60,130 nucleotides of DNA, filler included, from Nemertoderma westbladi (GCA_032718475.1; 3 parts of 3 records of this genome joined end to end with filler, not necessarily neighbours in it), one strand, 5' to 3'; positions 36,910 through 51,015 are shown, numbered from the whole stretch's first letter. Made by a program: numbers and translations. Notes: a model not told the origin generated them from the letters alone.

Positions 36910-39900
36910 TTGGCTTTTTTTATTATGGTGCTAAATAGTAATCAGCCTGGATGTGATTGTACGTTTTGTTTTTCTTCTATTACATCTACTGAAACATGGT
37001 TCACATGTGCTTTATGCGGAAGGTCCTTTCATTATCAATGCGGATCAAATGTGGAGGAAATACATTTTTTGGAAAATAATAATCCACGTTACTGTATTTT
37101 TTGCCACGCCAATATATTTCCATTTTTTTCGGTCTCGAATGACGACACCGATATTTTCTCTACTACTGATTCAGATTGTGGTGAACAGACCATGGCTATA
37201 CTGACAGCAATATTATGTAATATTTTTCAAAATATGGACCCCGATAATAATCTGAACATGGCAAATATAAGCACAATGGATGGGTACTACAACGAACAGC
37301 AACTCAGTGGTGTTCTTGACAATAAAGAAACCTTTTCGGTTTTTCACTTAAATTGTCGTAGCATCAGGGTAAATTACACTCATGCCGTGGATTACCTGCA
37401 GATAATTAAAAATAAATTTGACATTATCTGCTTTACCGAAACATTTTTAGATAGCACAGATAACTTAGATTACTTTAAAATTGAGGGTTATCAGGGTCCA
37501 TATATTGACAATCGTAAGTATGGTTGGTTAAAGCGCGGTGGAGTTGCTGTTTATGTACGGAATGAATATGAAATCACTCCACGTGATGATATCTCATGTG
37601 ATCATCTTGAAAATCTGTGGCTTTGTGTAAATAACCCCGTTGCAAACAAGAAGAAAACATTGATAGGATGTATTTATCGACCAGATGCGATACCCTTCGA
37701 TAAATTTGATCACAGTCTTGACACTGTTTTAACTGATGTCGCAAATTCAAAATTAAAAACAATAGTTGTTGGGGATCTGAACGCTGATTTGCTACAGATG
37801 GGTAAGCGACCTCGTGCTTATTTAGACCTACTGCAAGCTCACGGCTTCACGCAATACATTCAAAATGCACCTCGTATCACTCAGTATTCTAGAACGCTAA
37901 TTGATCATGTGTTTACCAATATAACCAATAGTATTCCTACAACTGGTGTTTTATCGGCTGAAATTGGATCTTCTGATCACTGTCCTAAATTTATTTCGTT
38001 GAGTAAATATTCCAGCTATTTTTCTGCACCGGTAGACCATTTCGTTTATGACTACAGCAAATTTAATAAAGATAAATTTATTAGAGACCTAGATAATACA
38101 GAATGGACTTACCATAACCCTTCAATACCAAGTTCTGAAAAATTTAATAATTTTTATAAAAATTTTGAGGAAATTTGTGTGAATAATTTACCACGAAAAA
38201 AGGTAACAAAAATGAATACACCGCGGAAACCATGGATTTCAAATCAATTAGTACAATGCATTATAAAAAAAAACTATCTATATTCAGTATATATAGCCCA
38301 CCCCTCGACAAATAATCATAATTGCTATAAAAAATGTGAATCCCAACGGAAATATTTTTGTTATCAGTTCAATTCAAACAAACATAGCTCGCGTAAAACA
38401 TGGCAAACCATTAACCTAGCTTTAAATAAATCGTCTAAAATGAGTACTCCTAGAAAGCTGTTAAATCGTAGAAACAATACTGTTAACACGGAGCCTTTTG
38501 AGATTGCTAATACTTTCAATACTTTTTTTTCTTCTATTGGTCCTAAACTTGCACGTGCTTTACCTAAATCAGGACGATCTCCAACACACACGATTTGTTA
38601 AAAACCGCCACTACCAATCTTTTAGTTTGGTTGAAACCACTCCTGTGGAGGTCAAATACCACTTGTTACTTTTAAATGAAAGATCGGCCTCCAATGATTC
38701 CTTCCCCACAAAGTTACTTAGGTTGGCTGCTGACCACATTTCCACTAGATTATCCGATTTAATTAATTTATCTTTTCGTCTTGGTTTTTTTCCTGATAGT
38801 TTAAAATTGGCTCGTATTACACCAGTATTTAAGTCAGAAGATCCAATTGATCCAGGTAATTATCGCCCCATATCAGTTCTCCCAGCTTTTAGTAAAATTT
38901 ATGAACGTATATTAGAATCCCAGCTTCGTTCTATTTTGAATAAATATTGTTTACTTACAGTTAACCAATTTGTTTTTAGAAAAAAATATAAAACAAGTGA
39001 CGCCTTGCTAACGGTTACTGAAAAAAATAGAGATGCACTTGATAACAATCATCCGACTGGTATTGTATTTATAGATTTGAAAAAAGCGTTCGATACGCTA
39101 GATTACTCAATTTTACTAAATAAATTAGCTTCCTATGGTATCCGGGGTATCCCCCACAAATTGCTTACGAACTACCTGACCAATCGCCGACAATGTGTCA
39201 CTGTTGGAAATAGTACTGTATCTCTGATTTGGCTGATTTAGAATGTGGTCTTCCACAAGGCAGCATTTTGGGACCCTTATTGTTTTTGTTATGCATTAAC
39301 GATCTACCAAATTGTACTTCATTGTTCTCAACTTTGTTTGCCGACGATACGTCTCTTATGCATTCTTCAAATAATTTAGCTGACTTATCAAACGTCTTTA
39401 ATAATGTTGAACTAGATAAAGTGGCAAACTGGTTGCTTGACAATCGCCTAACAATAAATCTCAAAAAAACGGAATTTACTTTATTTTACAACGGCGAATT
39501 AAATAAGCTCTTTCCTCCTAATATTCATCTTAAAGGAAACCCAATATCATAAACTAATTCAGCCAAATATTTATGAATCAAAATAGACAGTAAATTATCA
39601 TGGAAAGCTCATATCCAATATGTTTTAATCAAGATATCAAAATCAATCTGAATTTTTATATAAACTTAGGTATTATTTTCCTGTTAATATATTGCGTTTA
39701 TTATACTATTCATTGATTCAGCCTTATATTAACTATGGGTTGTTAATCTGGGGTTATCCTAATGTTAGCATAATTAAACCAATTAGAGTTATGATAAATA
39801 AGTTATTAACGTGCTATTACATTCAGCGACCGATTTGCATCATCTGCTCTCCTGTATAGACGCCTAAATATCTTACCTGTTGAAAGCCTTTATAAATTCC

Positions 39901-40135
39901 ATGTTCTAAATTTTATGTACGACGTATCGCATAATAGTAGTCATCCTTGCTTCCATAGTTTTTTTTATCAAATCAAACACCATGCATACATATGGAACAC
40001 GATCGGCTACCGCTAACAAATATTTTATTCCACGTAAAAATCTTATTGAGGGTCAGAAATCAATAAAAGTTGAAGCACCTCGCATGTGGAATTCATTGAG
40101 GAAAATCTGCGTTGCTCTAAAACAAAATCTATTTA
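36910..40135 (+). mobile_element. L2/Crack/Daphne-type LINE ORF2 (PHD-like finger, APE, RT), frameshifted
   Basis: CxxC..CxxCxxxxHxxC..CxxC; HLNCRS, FTET, GDLNA, SDH; NYRPIS, FIDLKKAFD, PQGSILGP, FADD. Confidence 0.9.
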
Positions 40136-40139
40136 ATAA

Positions 40140-40393
40140 AATGGGAGAATCTTTTAGGCTCGTTAAGCCAAGGAATGCCTGTTCACCACCATGGATGATC
40201 TTCCACAGTAAACCCTTCCACTCTGTTTCCCAAGTCGCCTTGGTTCCCATTTATCGACCACTGAAGGATGAAAGCCGGGGTTGGGCTAGGCTGCAGCATT
40301 TAAAGCACTGTGCCCAAACAGTACTGCCCCATCTAGGGATCGAAACCGGTCTCCCTAATCGGAAGCACAGTAATGTCACCACTAGACCGCTAC
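40140..40393 (-). mobile_element. tRNA-derived SINE with Deu/Nin-like central domain
   Basis: A-box-like gcggtctagtgg, B-box-like gtttcgatccc, then ggctttcatccttcagtggtcgataaatggg. Confidence 0.6.
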
Positions 40394-41960
40394 TACTACT
40401 AGGATCGGCATGCTGCATTGCAGCTGCATTTTTAAGAATGCTGTGCCGGCTTGTCAACAAAATTGCATCGCCACAACTCCCTATCACCCATGACATTTGC
40501 TAGATCATCCGCATCTTTAAGGCCAGTGTCCTTTAAGATGCGTCTCAAGAAAGTCATGGGCTGTCCACCATGCTTATTCACTCCATGAGGGTGCCAAAGT
40601 ACAAGGTTATGCACTGGCTGGTCCTCACGGCGAAAGCAATGTCCTGCAAAGCGGAGGCGATTTTGTTCTAGTGTCAAGCTTGGGGGAACCAATGAGACAC
40701 CTCCAATGTTATATAGTGTCTGGTTGGAGATGTGTGCATTGTACTTGACACAATGAACCCGGCGTAGCATTCTTGTGAATGTACCATCTAGAGATTTGGT
40801 GTCCTCAGCAGTTAGAGCCCAGCATGGACTCCCGTAGAGGAGTACTGGAACTACTGCTGCTCTAAATAATCGGACCTTAAGTTTACGATTAATTCTCGGT
40901 GACTTCCAAATCATGGAAAGCCTATTCAAGGCTGCCCATGCCTTTCCCTTACGTATTCGAAGGTCCTCACCTGACTTCCGGATCCATGATCCCAGGTAAC
41001 AGAGACTTGGTGAGGACTTTCAAAGTTAACTGTCAAAATTTTAGTCTTTCTGGAGTTAATAAAAAGACCAACACTAGAAGCAGCAAGTTCTAATGAGCTG
41101 AGGAGCCGTTGGGCTCCCTCTAATGATTCTGAGAGTCATCAGCAAAGTCTAGATCAGTTAGGTACTTGGCAGGATTTCCTCGACTTCTGGAGCCAGTAGG
41201 TGGAGTTATCATCACCCCATCATCATTATGATGATCTAAGGACATGCGTAGAACATAGTCAACCACAATAATGAACAGGAATGGTGCAAGTGTGTCTCCT
41301 TGGAGGACGCCCCATAACACTTCAAATGGTTCTGTGTCACCGTCAACAGTAGACACAAATGTTGTCGAACCATCGTATACTGATCTGATTGCTGCAATAA
41401 TTTCATCAGGAATCCCATATAATGAAAGTATGCTGAACATACGTGAGCGACAGACTGAATCAAAGGCCTTGAAGAAGTCAACAAAGATAACAGCCAGATG
41501 CCTGTCTTTCTTTTTTGATAATTCTTCAATTATCCTTCTAAGTGCCAAAATTGGCTCCATGGTCCCACGACCTTTACGGAACCCATTCTGATTTCCACGG
41601 AGCAGTCTCTCAATGGGATCCCTGATGCGATTTAATAGAATCCTATTGTATAGCTTTGCAGCAATCGAGATCAATGAGATTCCCCGAAAAGAACCATAGA
41701 GTGTTAGGTTGCCCTTCTTGGGAACTGGCACCAACTTATTTGTTTTCATTTCTTGTGGGACTCTTGTTGTTCGGTACATGTCTACTATGATGGGATAGAT
41801 GAGCTTTAAACACTCAGGTATTTTAAAGACCTCAGGGGGAACACCATCTACTCCACTGGCACGATTGGTCTTAATGCTCTTTGCAGCAGCCTTCACTTCT
41901 GCAAAGGAGATATCGCCAATGGGAATATCTGGGAGTACAGACTCAGAAAACTTTAACTAG
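40391..41960 (-). mobile_element. RTE-clade LINE, 5'-truncated, RT and C-terminus
   Basis: FRGISL, QNGFRKGR, FVDFFKAFDS, GVLQGDTLAP, DLDFADD; (TAG)n tail. Confidence 0.92.
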
Positions 41961-44402
41961 ACCAAGCTGCTGCTTGGTCTAGTCAAAATCTATTTTCAAA
42001 TCCCATTTAAAAAGGTTACTGCATGAACAATCACTCTAATTCCTTGCTGTTATTGCACACACAATGTTAGTTCATAGTGTCACAATACAGTAGGTGCCAC
42101 ATCACTTGCCGGGCGCGGGGTCGCGTTATACCCGTGGGTTACCATGTTTAAATATATGTAAAATATATACGGTAATTTATATATAATATAATAATATAAC
42201 ATAATAAATGTATACTGCATAAATTTCCCAGGCTGATTTACTACAGTAGTACTATTATTTTTTATTGTATTTCGTACTAATTGATTAATTTGGTGAGTTT
42301 CCACCCGCACACTAGCGTTGCTATCACGGATGGGAACTCACAATGGTAATAATTATTTCATATTTATCGTTAATTAAAGGACCGGGCCATTCCCGGATTT
42401 CAGTTCAGTTCAGTTCCAGAGTAATTTACACAAGTATCAAAATATTAAGTTTAAGTGGGGAATTCGTGTACCTTTACTCAACTATTATTGTTCCAATATT
42501 TGTAATTATTTAAAAATATCACTACAGCTCAGTAGCATGGTGATACTTCCCGTCATATTGTACACATTCGGGTGACATTTACAGCAGTCCACGTTACAAT
42601 AGCAACAGACCAAATAAGACAATTTAATAACAATTTAATTTACAGAGTAACTATAATATAGTTTTCCTTAGTTTAATAACTCTCCAGAGTTTTGAACAAT
42701 TAAGGGGGGGGGGGGGTACACCCCCCCTCAGGTCAAAATTTTCATTTTTTGTTTTTTTATTTCATCTAGAGTAGAATTTAATGCGGATTTCAAATCTGGA
42801 AACGGTTTAGCGAGATCTCTTTTACTTCTCGAGTAATGGCTGATTTTCCGTCTGTATGTCTGTCTGTCTGTCCATCGAAATATTAAAAAGGGCATAAAAT
42901 AAGCAATCGGAAATGTTTACTGTTAGGATTTTTCTTAATGTCGATGTCTGTTTTAATATTTGGAATTATCTAATCACTATGTCTGTATCTCAGTCTGTCT
43001 CTCAGTTTGTCTGTCTGTTTGTACTGTCTGTCTGTCTGTCAACATGTCCGTCAAATTTTAATTAATATATATTTAATATATATTTGTGAGTTTTGTATTA
43101 CATATTGAACAGTTGTCTAATGGACTAGTTGTCTACTAGTAATAACAAATGTGAACCATCATATAACAATAGCTAGTAATAATTCTTCTGAGAAACAACC
43201 ATGAACTTATTTATTTTTTAATTCCGCAGGCTCTGAGAATAATTCACGTGCTGCGCGAAGTCTTCATGTGCAGCATGAACTTTTCATGCGCCGCGTGAAG
43301 GCTTCTCATTTTGATCAAAAAGCTTTCCGAGGTGCTCGATTAATTAACGTGCTTTATGAAGAATTTAAGTGCTACGTGAAACCTTCACCTGCTGCGCAAA
43401 TGTCTCACGTGCTGCGCGAAGGTTTCACGTGCTGCGCAAAGCTTAATGTTCTGTGTAAAGGCATATTATAAAATTATGTGGAAATTTTTATATAATTTTG
43501 AATGTTTCTTAAGGTTATCTCATTATTACATGACTATTTAATACTAAATGACGAAATAGTATGCGATCAAATCAATAAGCCAAAATGTAATTTGTTCACG
43601 TGCTGCGCGAAGTGTTTTTTGGCAAGCACTCTAAAATTATTTTAACAGGTTGTTAAAACTGGGTAGGGGTTTTTTTGAACCAAATTTCATGAAATCCATT
43701 GAGAAATCACAAAATATGGATAGGGGATAACCAATGGGAAAAGAAAAGGAAATACCAGTACTGAAAATAGCGGGAACATTTGAAATATATTGTTCTTAAA
43801 CTTTAAATGCGTTTATCTCGGAATTGTATTTTTCATATTCAAAATACTACTACTCTACTCAGCCATTTCTTAACCAATTTTCGAAATTTTTTTTTTGTTT
43901 GATTTCTTTTCGGGTTTTGATCAAAAGTTATCGGTTAGAATTTTGAATTGTGCCATATTAATTTCTTGAAATTAGTTAATATCTATTAAGTAATAATTAA
44001 TATTAGTTAATAATATTTAAAAAATATTTAAGACCTAAATAAAAAATGTAACCGATAAGTTTTGTGGAGCCGAGGATGCTGATTCAGAAAAACCAAGTTT
44101 CGAAAATTTTCACCCAAAATTGTGAGACTAGTAGTGTTTTTAGTGAAATTAACAATTTCGCTGGTGGCCGCTAGAGGGCGACGCAAATTTGAAAATTTTT
44201 TTTTTGAACCCAATCTTTGGCCATATGTTAATCCCCCGAAAGGTATAAAATATACAAAATTCCAAAAAAAAGAAAAAAAAAAAAAAAAAAAGTTTCGGCG
44301 AATTATTTATTATATATAGTATATATAGTTAAATAATCAATTTAGGGAAAGGAGCAGTTTACAGTGACACGGTGTTATTAGAACCAAAACAATAAACGAA
44401 TC

Positions 44403-44502
44403 NNNNNNNNNNNNNNNNNNNNNNNNNNNNNNNNNNNNNNNNNNNNTTAATTAATTAANNNNNNNNNNNNNNNNNNNNNNNNNNNNNNNNNNNNNNNNNN
44501 NN
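44403..44502. other. Assembly gap with artificial linker
   Basis: Same structure as 28472-28571. Confidence 0.95.
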
Positions 44503-46764
44503 TTGGCATTAATCAACAACAAGTTGAAAGTTCCTCGAGCGGAGTTAAAAGCGGCTCTATACGCTACAGCCATCGGCCGGAATGTAACCGAACAGATTGA
44601 CTATCCATTAGAGAAAACTGTCTATTGGACCGACGCTTTACTCGTGTTAGAGTATATAACCAATGAAGTCTGTCAGTTCAGCGTTTTCGTTACCAACAGA
44701 GTAGCCATCATACTTAGTCGCACGACGATGGACCAATGGAGACATTGCCCCGGAACGATTAATCCAGCAGACATCGCGTCCCGAGGAGCGACTCCAAAGG
44801 AATTGGTAAATACTCCCGAATGGTTAGGAGGACCCGACTTTCTCTACAGAGAAGAAGAAGAATGGCCTCCCCATCTCACAACAGCAGAGATCAGACAGGC
44901 CAAGGGAGCGGAGAAAGTTAAACCCAAAACTCGAGCGAGTAAATCGAAGTTGTTTAAACCTGCGGTTGATCTATCTGTATTATTTACTTCCGGAGAGGAT
45001 GCTTTGGATCAGAAACCCACTGCCACGACTAAAGAAATCTTGGAAATCCGTGACAAGGATTGGAAATCTGGAATACCAGATATCTCGCAAGGACTCTCAC
45101 CTCTCTTGCAGAGAGCGATACGTCACTACAGTTCCTGGAATCGGCTCTGTAAAGCTGTTACCTATTTGAAACGATGTTTTCATCATCGTTACTCCGGAAC
45201 AAAGACCAATAGTGATGATGCTCCATCAACATCTGCACGAGTCCATGTTGTTAAAGATCTTCCTAAATACAAGATATCCGACAGGTTTCTAAAGGAGAAG
45301 ATCAGTTACCAGGAGCATGATGAAACCAACAAACAGATGCTGAGACTCCTACAATGCTATGAGGATTCCGATAAGTATTTCCTGTTGTTAAGAAATCCAC
45401 AGATGCGCTTAAGGGATCGCTTCTCTAGTACCATGATAGATGGGTTAATACGTGTTGGAGGTCGGCTCACCAACGCCCCATTATCCTTTGACACTAAGTT
45501 CCCCATACTCATTAGAAATCTTGACATACAAATCAAGATAATTGTAGATGTTCATAGCAAACTGTACCATGCTGGTAGAGAACGAGTTCTGAGCGAAATT
45601 CGAACTCGCTACTATTTTTATAAACCTCGTAGGGCTCTGAACCAAGTTCTTAGGAACTGTATACCCTGTAGGAAAGCATTCAGTAGGCCTTTAACACAGC
45701 GAGAGGCAGAATTACCTAGGGAAAGAGTAAGCTTCTATGAACCACCCTTTACTAATACCGGTGTGGATTTATTTGGCCCTATTGAAGTATATCGTGCCCG
45801 GACTATAGTCAAGAGATGGTGTGTCATCTTCGTTTGTATGACTTGTAGAGCTATCCATCTCGATATGGTAAACGATCTATCCACCAACAGCTTCGTGTTG
45901 AGTTTACGACGACAGATCGCTCGCTTCGGAACCAGTAACACGATGAGATCGGATAAGGGAACGAACTTCATTGGCGCCAACAACGAAATTCAAGCTTACG
46001 TAAAGGACTGGAACAAAAGACAGGTGGACGATCAGCTAAGGATAACAGCGTCTAGCTGGACCTTCAACGCCGCCGACGCCCCTTGGTGGGGAGGAAGTTG
46101 GGAGAGATTGATTAGGAGTGTGAAGACTGCGTTCCACTTTATTGTGCCTTGTCGCGCTTATCTCACCGACGAACTATTGCGGACGTTAATGGAGGAAATC
46201 GCCGCCTATCTCAACGAAAGACCGCTTATGCCAGTCTCTTCAAATCCTGATTCCCTGGAAGCACTAACACCCGCGCACTTTCTACTGAAGAAACCCGTAG
46301 CCATGCTCCCACGATCGGAGATCACAGACGGAGACGAGTACTGCCGTCGAACCTGGCAACTTATGCAGTTGCTATCCCGTCGTTTCGCTGACCATTTCGA
46401 GAAACATTACCTGCCCACTCTACAACTTCGAACTAAGTGGTTTGCGCAGCAAGAAAACGTCAGCGCTGGAGACATGGTGCTTATTGTGGACCCCGATCTC
46501 CCACGTAAGCGATGGCAAACAGGACGTATCATTGAGACTTATATCTCGAGCGATGGTTTGGTGCGATCAGTAGAGCTCGTCATCATGCGGCGGAACTTTA
46601 AGAAACCAGGGATAGTCTTTGAGACTCAACAGCTCAATCGCCCAGTGGGACGTTTATGTTTACTGGAAAGAGACAGAGAGCTCTCCGGAAACTATGGAAG
46701 GCAAGAAACTCTTCCCACGACCACTTCCCTAATCCAACCGACATCTAGGGACTCCCCAACTTAA
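44503..46764 (+). CDS. BEL/Pao Pol C-terminal part (RNase H region, HHCC and DDE integrase), 5'-incomplete
   Basis: VPRAEL, FVTNRV, NPADIASRG, H..HAG..CxxC, GVDLFGP, SDKGTNF, APWWGGSWERLI, LTPAHFL; uninterrupted frame. Confidence 0.95.
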   Translation: MALINNKLKVPRAELKAALYATAIGRNVTEQIDYPLEKTVYWTDALLVLEYITNEVCQFSVFVTNRVAIILSRTTMDQWRHCPGTINPADIASRGATPKELVNTPEWLGGPDFLYREEEEWPPHLTTAEIRQAKGAEKVKPKTRASKSKLFKPAVDLSVLFTSGEDALDQKPTATTKEILEIRDKDWKSGIPDISQGLSPLLQRAIRHYSSWNRLCKAVTYLKRCFHHRYSGTKTNSDDAPSTSARVHVVKDLPKYKISDRFLKEKISYQEHDETNKQMLRLLQCYEDSDKYFLLLRNPQMRLRDRFSSTMIDGLIRVGGRLTNAPLSFDTKFPILIRNLDIQIKIIVDVHSKLYHAGRERVLSEIRTRYYFYKPRRALNQVLRNCIPCRKAFSRPLTQREAELPRERVSFYEPPFTNTGVDLFGPIEVYRARTIVKRWCVIFVCMTCRAIHLDMVNDLSTNSFVLSLRRQIARFGTSNTMRSDKGTNFIGANNEIQAYVKDWNKRQVDDQLRITASSWTFNAADAPWWGGSWERLIRSVKTAFHFIVPCRAYLTDELLRTLMEEIAAYLNERPLMPVSSNPDSLEALTPAHFLLKKPVAMLPRSEITDGDEYCRRTWQLMQLLSRRFADHFEKHYLPTLQLRTKWFAQQENVSAGDMVLIVDPDLPRKRWQTGRIIETYISSDGLVRSVELVIMRRNFKKPGIVFETQQLNRPVGRLCLLERDRELSGNYGRQETLPTTTSLIQPTSRDSPT

Positions 46765-48390
46765 TATCGTTCGGAGTGGGCGTGTGACTCTATTATTTTA
46801 TATTATTTTATTATTTTTATATTTATGTATGTATTACTATGTAATTTTATTATAATCGTTTTATTTAATTTAGTAGAATATTATTTAGTGATTATGTAGT
46901 AGAATAGTGCAATATATTCGTGTTTATTACGTACGTAATTACTTATATTATATTTAGTGCGACGGCGAGAAATAATTCTTTTTCTCTTTCCTTACTGTCC
47001 GTATTATATTATAAATACGTAACTACAGTAAGATGAAATGTCCGTACTTATTAAAGTACAATAAAGCCACTACTATATTTAAGTATTATTGGTAGGCAGA
47101 GTATTAGGAATGCAAAGTTCAGATCCTCGTGTCTCGGCTAAACCAAGCTCTGGGTAGTCCTTGGAAACGACTTGCCTCTTCACACTGACATTGCTTCGTG
47201 CGATATTGCTCTCATACCGTATATTAAATAATACATATAGTAGCGTGATGTCCCTTTAACAGTAGCGTATAACGCAAAATAAATCTGTTAAACCCTTTGA
47301 CCATCTGTAATTCTAGTCGATTAAGATATCGCGGCACCCACCGATATACTTGAAAGACAAATTCTAGAATCAGTGGTTAACGTCCCCAGACAAGTTCTGG
47401 AATAAATCGGTGCCCATCTCAAATATTAATTATTTAATATTTGCAAATCTAATAAATCAAAATCTGTAAAATTCAGATCCTTCAACAATTCTAGTCAATT
47501 AAGATATCGTAGCATTTACCGATATTCCTAAAAAAGACAATTGTCATAGAATTAAGGATCTTGTGTCCCTAGACATGTTCTAGAATCAAAATATGTCCAT
47601 TTAATTATCAAATAATAAAATTTCAGGGAATAAATTTAAATTCATGTCTTTTAATGAATTTAATAAATTGCCATTTTACGCGATTTATAACATTCCCAAA
47701 ATTCCATTAATTAATAGATCAAGGGAGCGGAAATTTATATTATTATGCGTATGCGTGTACGAAAGTCTCCCAAACATAGTCAATAGCCGATAAAATTCGT
47801 AAAGTCATGTATAAACAGGACATTGACTATTAAAGAATTCCTATTAAATAACATCCCAGATCTGTATGCATTGGAATTACCCTAATTCTACCGCTAGCTT
47901 TACATAATGTCACCATAGCAACAACCACGCTAGAATTAGAATTGAGTTAAAAGAACAATAGAAAGCTTGTCCCATTGAATAGCATAGGGAATAAATAGCG
48001 CACTACTAGTATCCAAGGATACATACTAATACAGTGACATTCTGGAAGGCATTGACTAACGGACAAATGGCCCGAATGTGTGTAATTTGTGACAAGTTGT
48101 GTGTGTGGTATTTGTGAGTTTATAGGTGAATGTTACTGCTAAGGTGTGTTTACAGTAGCTAGTCGCAATCGTAAAAGTAACCTAACTCTCCAAGGAAAAC
48201 CTGAAGTACATCTAAGCCTTTGGGACGGACAGTCGAGTGACTTGTGCCGGTTGTCGTTGTCGTTGTGCGGCTACGTCGTTGGCGAAAGTACAGCGGCGAC
48301 GACACATCGGCGCTGAGGATCTCGTACTGTCCGGGGGTTAATTGGAGTAGGCAGCGACGCTCGCTAGCCTAAATATAAACTCCTTATAAT

Positions 48391-49701
48391 ATGGATAAAC
48401 TCATATATAGCAGATATGACGGAGTTGATAGAAGATGGTCTTGGTATCGGGGAGCGATATACTCTACTTTTACAAGCGTTTGTTGATAGCTTAATACGCG
48501 GCGACGTTAGTCCAACTGCTGCGGAGGACGATGGTCGTTATATCGAACCGACAATGTCCCAAGTGCAGCTCTCGCGAGAGTTGGACTATAGAAAATTCGC
48601 TGCTCGATATACGCAGCGTAATGGTACGTATATGGGCTTCTTAACTACTGGTCATTCTATCAATTTACACAATACGGACTATGTCGACTATATATCCTGC
48701 CCAGCGGAGTCGGAACCATAAACTGAAATTCGAATGCGAAAATTCTATTCTAAATCGACTCGAAAGAAAAGACACTAAAGAAACAAATGGACGCGGTAAC
48801 TCCAACGTATATTTGGAATTCTTGATAGAAGCATTGTAACAACAAATAAATATCACCCGCGTTTACCCTACCAGACGTGTGTCTTTGGTATTATTACGAT
48901 AAATGCCCTAGACCCAACTAATAAACGGAAAGACATGAACATCCACGTAAACCGAAACTTGTTGACGTATCACCTATGCTCACTCGGCTCGAACGATCCT
49001 GGAGTAAACCTACGATCAGAGTCCCGGAATACTCGGTCAAACCTCCTCATTCCTTAGTTGGACCTCAGATCTGCGATCCTGGTGGTGTCGCGGATCCTCG
49101 CGGACTGTATTCACTGTTCAAAGATCTAGTGCTACCCTAACAATTAATCGGTAACACTCCGACAGTGATTTCTAGCTAGCCGCCCATCTTACCTAGCCGG
49201 ATTGTGACGCGAACACCTAATATCACTATCCAACCGTATGGTCGTCCCCGTTTAACGCGATACAACCCCTCATCAAGGTGAAGGAGAGCGTTGTACGAAA
49301 CGAGTTAAACGCTATTCTATAAAGATCAAAAAGGAAACCTGCGTTTGTTCAGATAAACGTAAGTTATAACAGTAAGTCCAATCGATAAACGAATTGGCCT
49401 TATCTCAATTCGATTGGGAAATCCAGAATCTCTAAGAAGTTATCGAACTTGGACGATCCTATTCTCTGCGAGAGTTTTTGGATGAACGTATCCAGCTACG
49501 AGCGGAGGAAAATCAGCTCAAGGAGAAGCATATCGAAACGGCAGATACCTCGACCACAATCCTACACCTTCTGATGCAATCATATTGCACCCTTCACCCA
49601 GGAGTTATGGCCCTCCTAGTAAAGTGGCTCCCCCCAAAGAGAAAAAGACTCTTGCTAGCCTCAAAAAACTGCGTAAACGCCGTCTGCGTAAGAAAGACTA
49701 A
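48391..49701 (+). pseudogene. Degraded, internally deleted extra 3' ORF
   Basis: Coding-like fragments from 48416; 49540-49701 matches the C-terminus of the ORF at 1555-1729. Confidence 0.5.
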
Positions 49702-49779
49702 CTGTTTAGAGTATCTTTATATTTTAGAAACTGTGATTTGTTATATTTTATAGACTTAAATCCCATTTTCTGGGAGCGG

Positions 49780-50990
49780 TGTAAAAGCTTTTGCGTAATT
49801 AGCTGGTTATTTTCCCTTAAAGTACTCTGTAGTTGGTTTGCCAGGCATAAAAAGGCCGTGTCCTTGCTGTACTGGTGTTTTAGAGGACATAAAAGTCATT
49901 TCTTATGTATTTGTACTGTATTTGTACTTTAGAGGACATAATCCACAATCTCGTGACGCAATAGCTGGATACTTTTGAAAACAGTGTCGCTACCATGACG
50001 ACGGCTAGCAGCTGATATTGCCACGTCGACGTTTCTTTGTTTCTTTGTTCTCTCGTTGTTCAGGTTGACCAATCAGAGCGTTTGTTGTCTCTGTGTTGGA
50101 GGTGTATACAGAAACTCAGTAGTTCAGTGTTATGTTTTTGCCTATAGCCTAAGAACCGGCTTTTGGCACCTCCGTGTTTTCAGTTTTTAGTCTTACACTA
50201 GTAGGCTTAATTATAAGGACATATATCCGTTATCTGATGTCTGATGTCTGATGTTTGATGTCTGCATACTGCATACTGCATACACTGCATACTGTGTAAC
50301 ACTGTGCATACTTTTATATTGTTATACTGCTATTTACTGTCGGTTCTTCATAATATGGTTGATGAATTATTATATTTGGAATAACGACAAATAACCCCGA
50401 AAACCCAATATTCTTGATATACCGAAGGTAAGAGAGAAAGGTTACAGATAAATGATTGCGACCTATGTTGAGTGGTTTGAAGTGAATCTAATGTTATTTG
50501 ATAGACCCTACATGATTCGGTCCGTGTTCCTTTTATATGTGACTAAAATCAGTGAAGATCGGCAGATCAGTGTGCAGTATTGTGCAGCATTGTGTATGAG
50601 TGAGACTGATAACGAAGCATTTCCTAAAGAATGCGCCATATATGTGAATTGTAACTAAGCCATATCGTTGTGAGTAGTTTAAGTCATAACTCTGTTTATA
50701 TAGATAGAGCGCCACGTCCTACAGGAACTGTTAATATTTCCCGAAGGTGAATAATATTGTCAGAGATTATATAATACTGTCAGTCGAATAATACATTAGG
50801 CTTACATAGCAATAAAATTAAGCCGTCGAACCCAATCTCCCGGGTATATCCAACGGGTGAATGATCGCGCACAGATTGGTTTCGACTAGTGTAGTGAATT
50901 AAATACTTGTCATAGACTAAAGGTGATTTATTATCTAGAAGACATCCTAATTTGGCGGGTTAAACTGCCAAAGGTCTAAAAGCGCGAACA
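49780..50990 (+). mobile_element. 3' LTR (copy 2)
   Basis: gggagcgg-TGT ... ACA; homologous to 1808-2987. Confidence 0.8.
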
Positions 50991-51015
50991 ATTCGCACTG
51001 AAACGAAAACTGCCC

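Noticed and set aside
44165-44180. CTCF-like motifs (also about 30134 and 58623)
   Set aside because: Short matches in repetitive DNA; unsupported without binding data
48275-48332. GAAA...CTGAGGA as a type II hammerhead
   Set aside because: Stem II arms (tggc / tctc) are not complementary
1808-50990. The two LTRs as a pair enclosing one 49-kb element
   Set aside because: Both are preceded by PPT and shared internal sequence, they are diverged, no PBS follows the first, and two gaps lie between them
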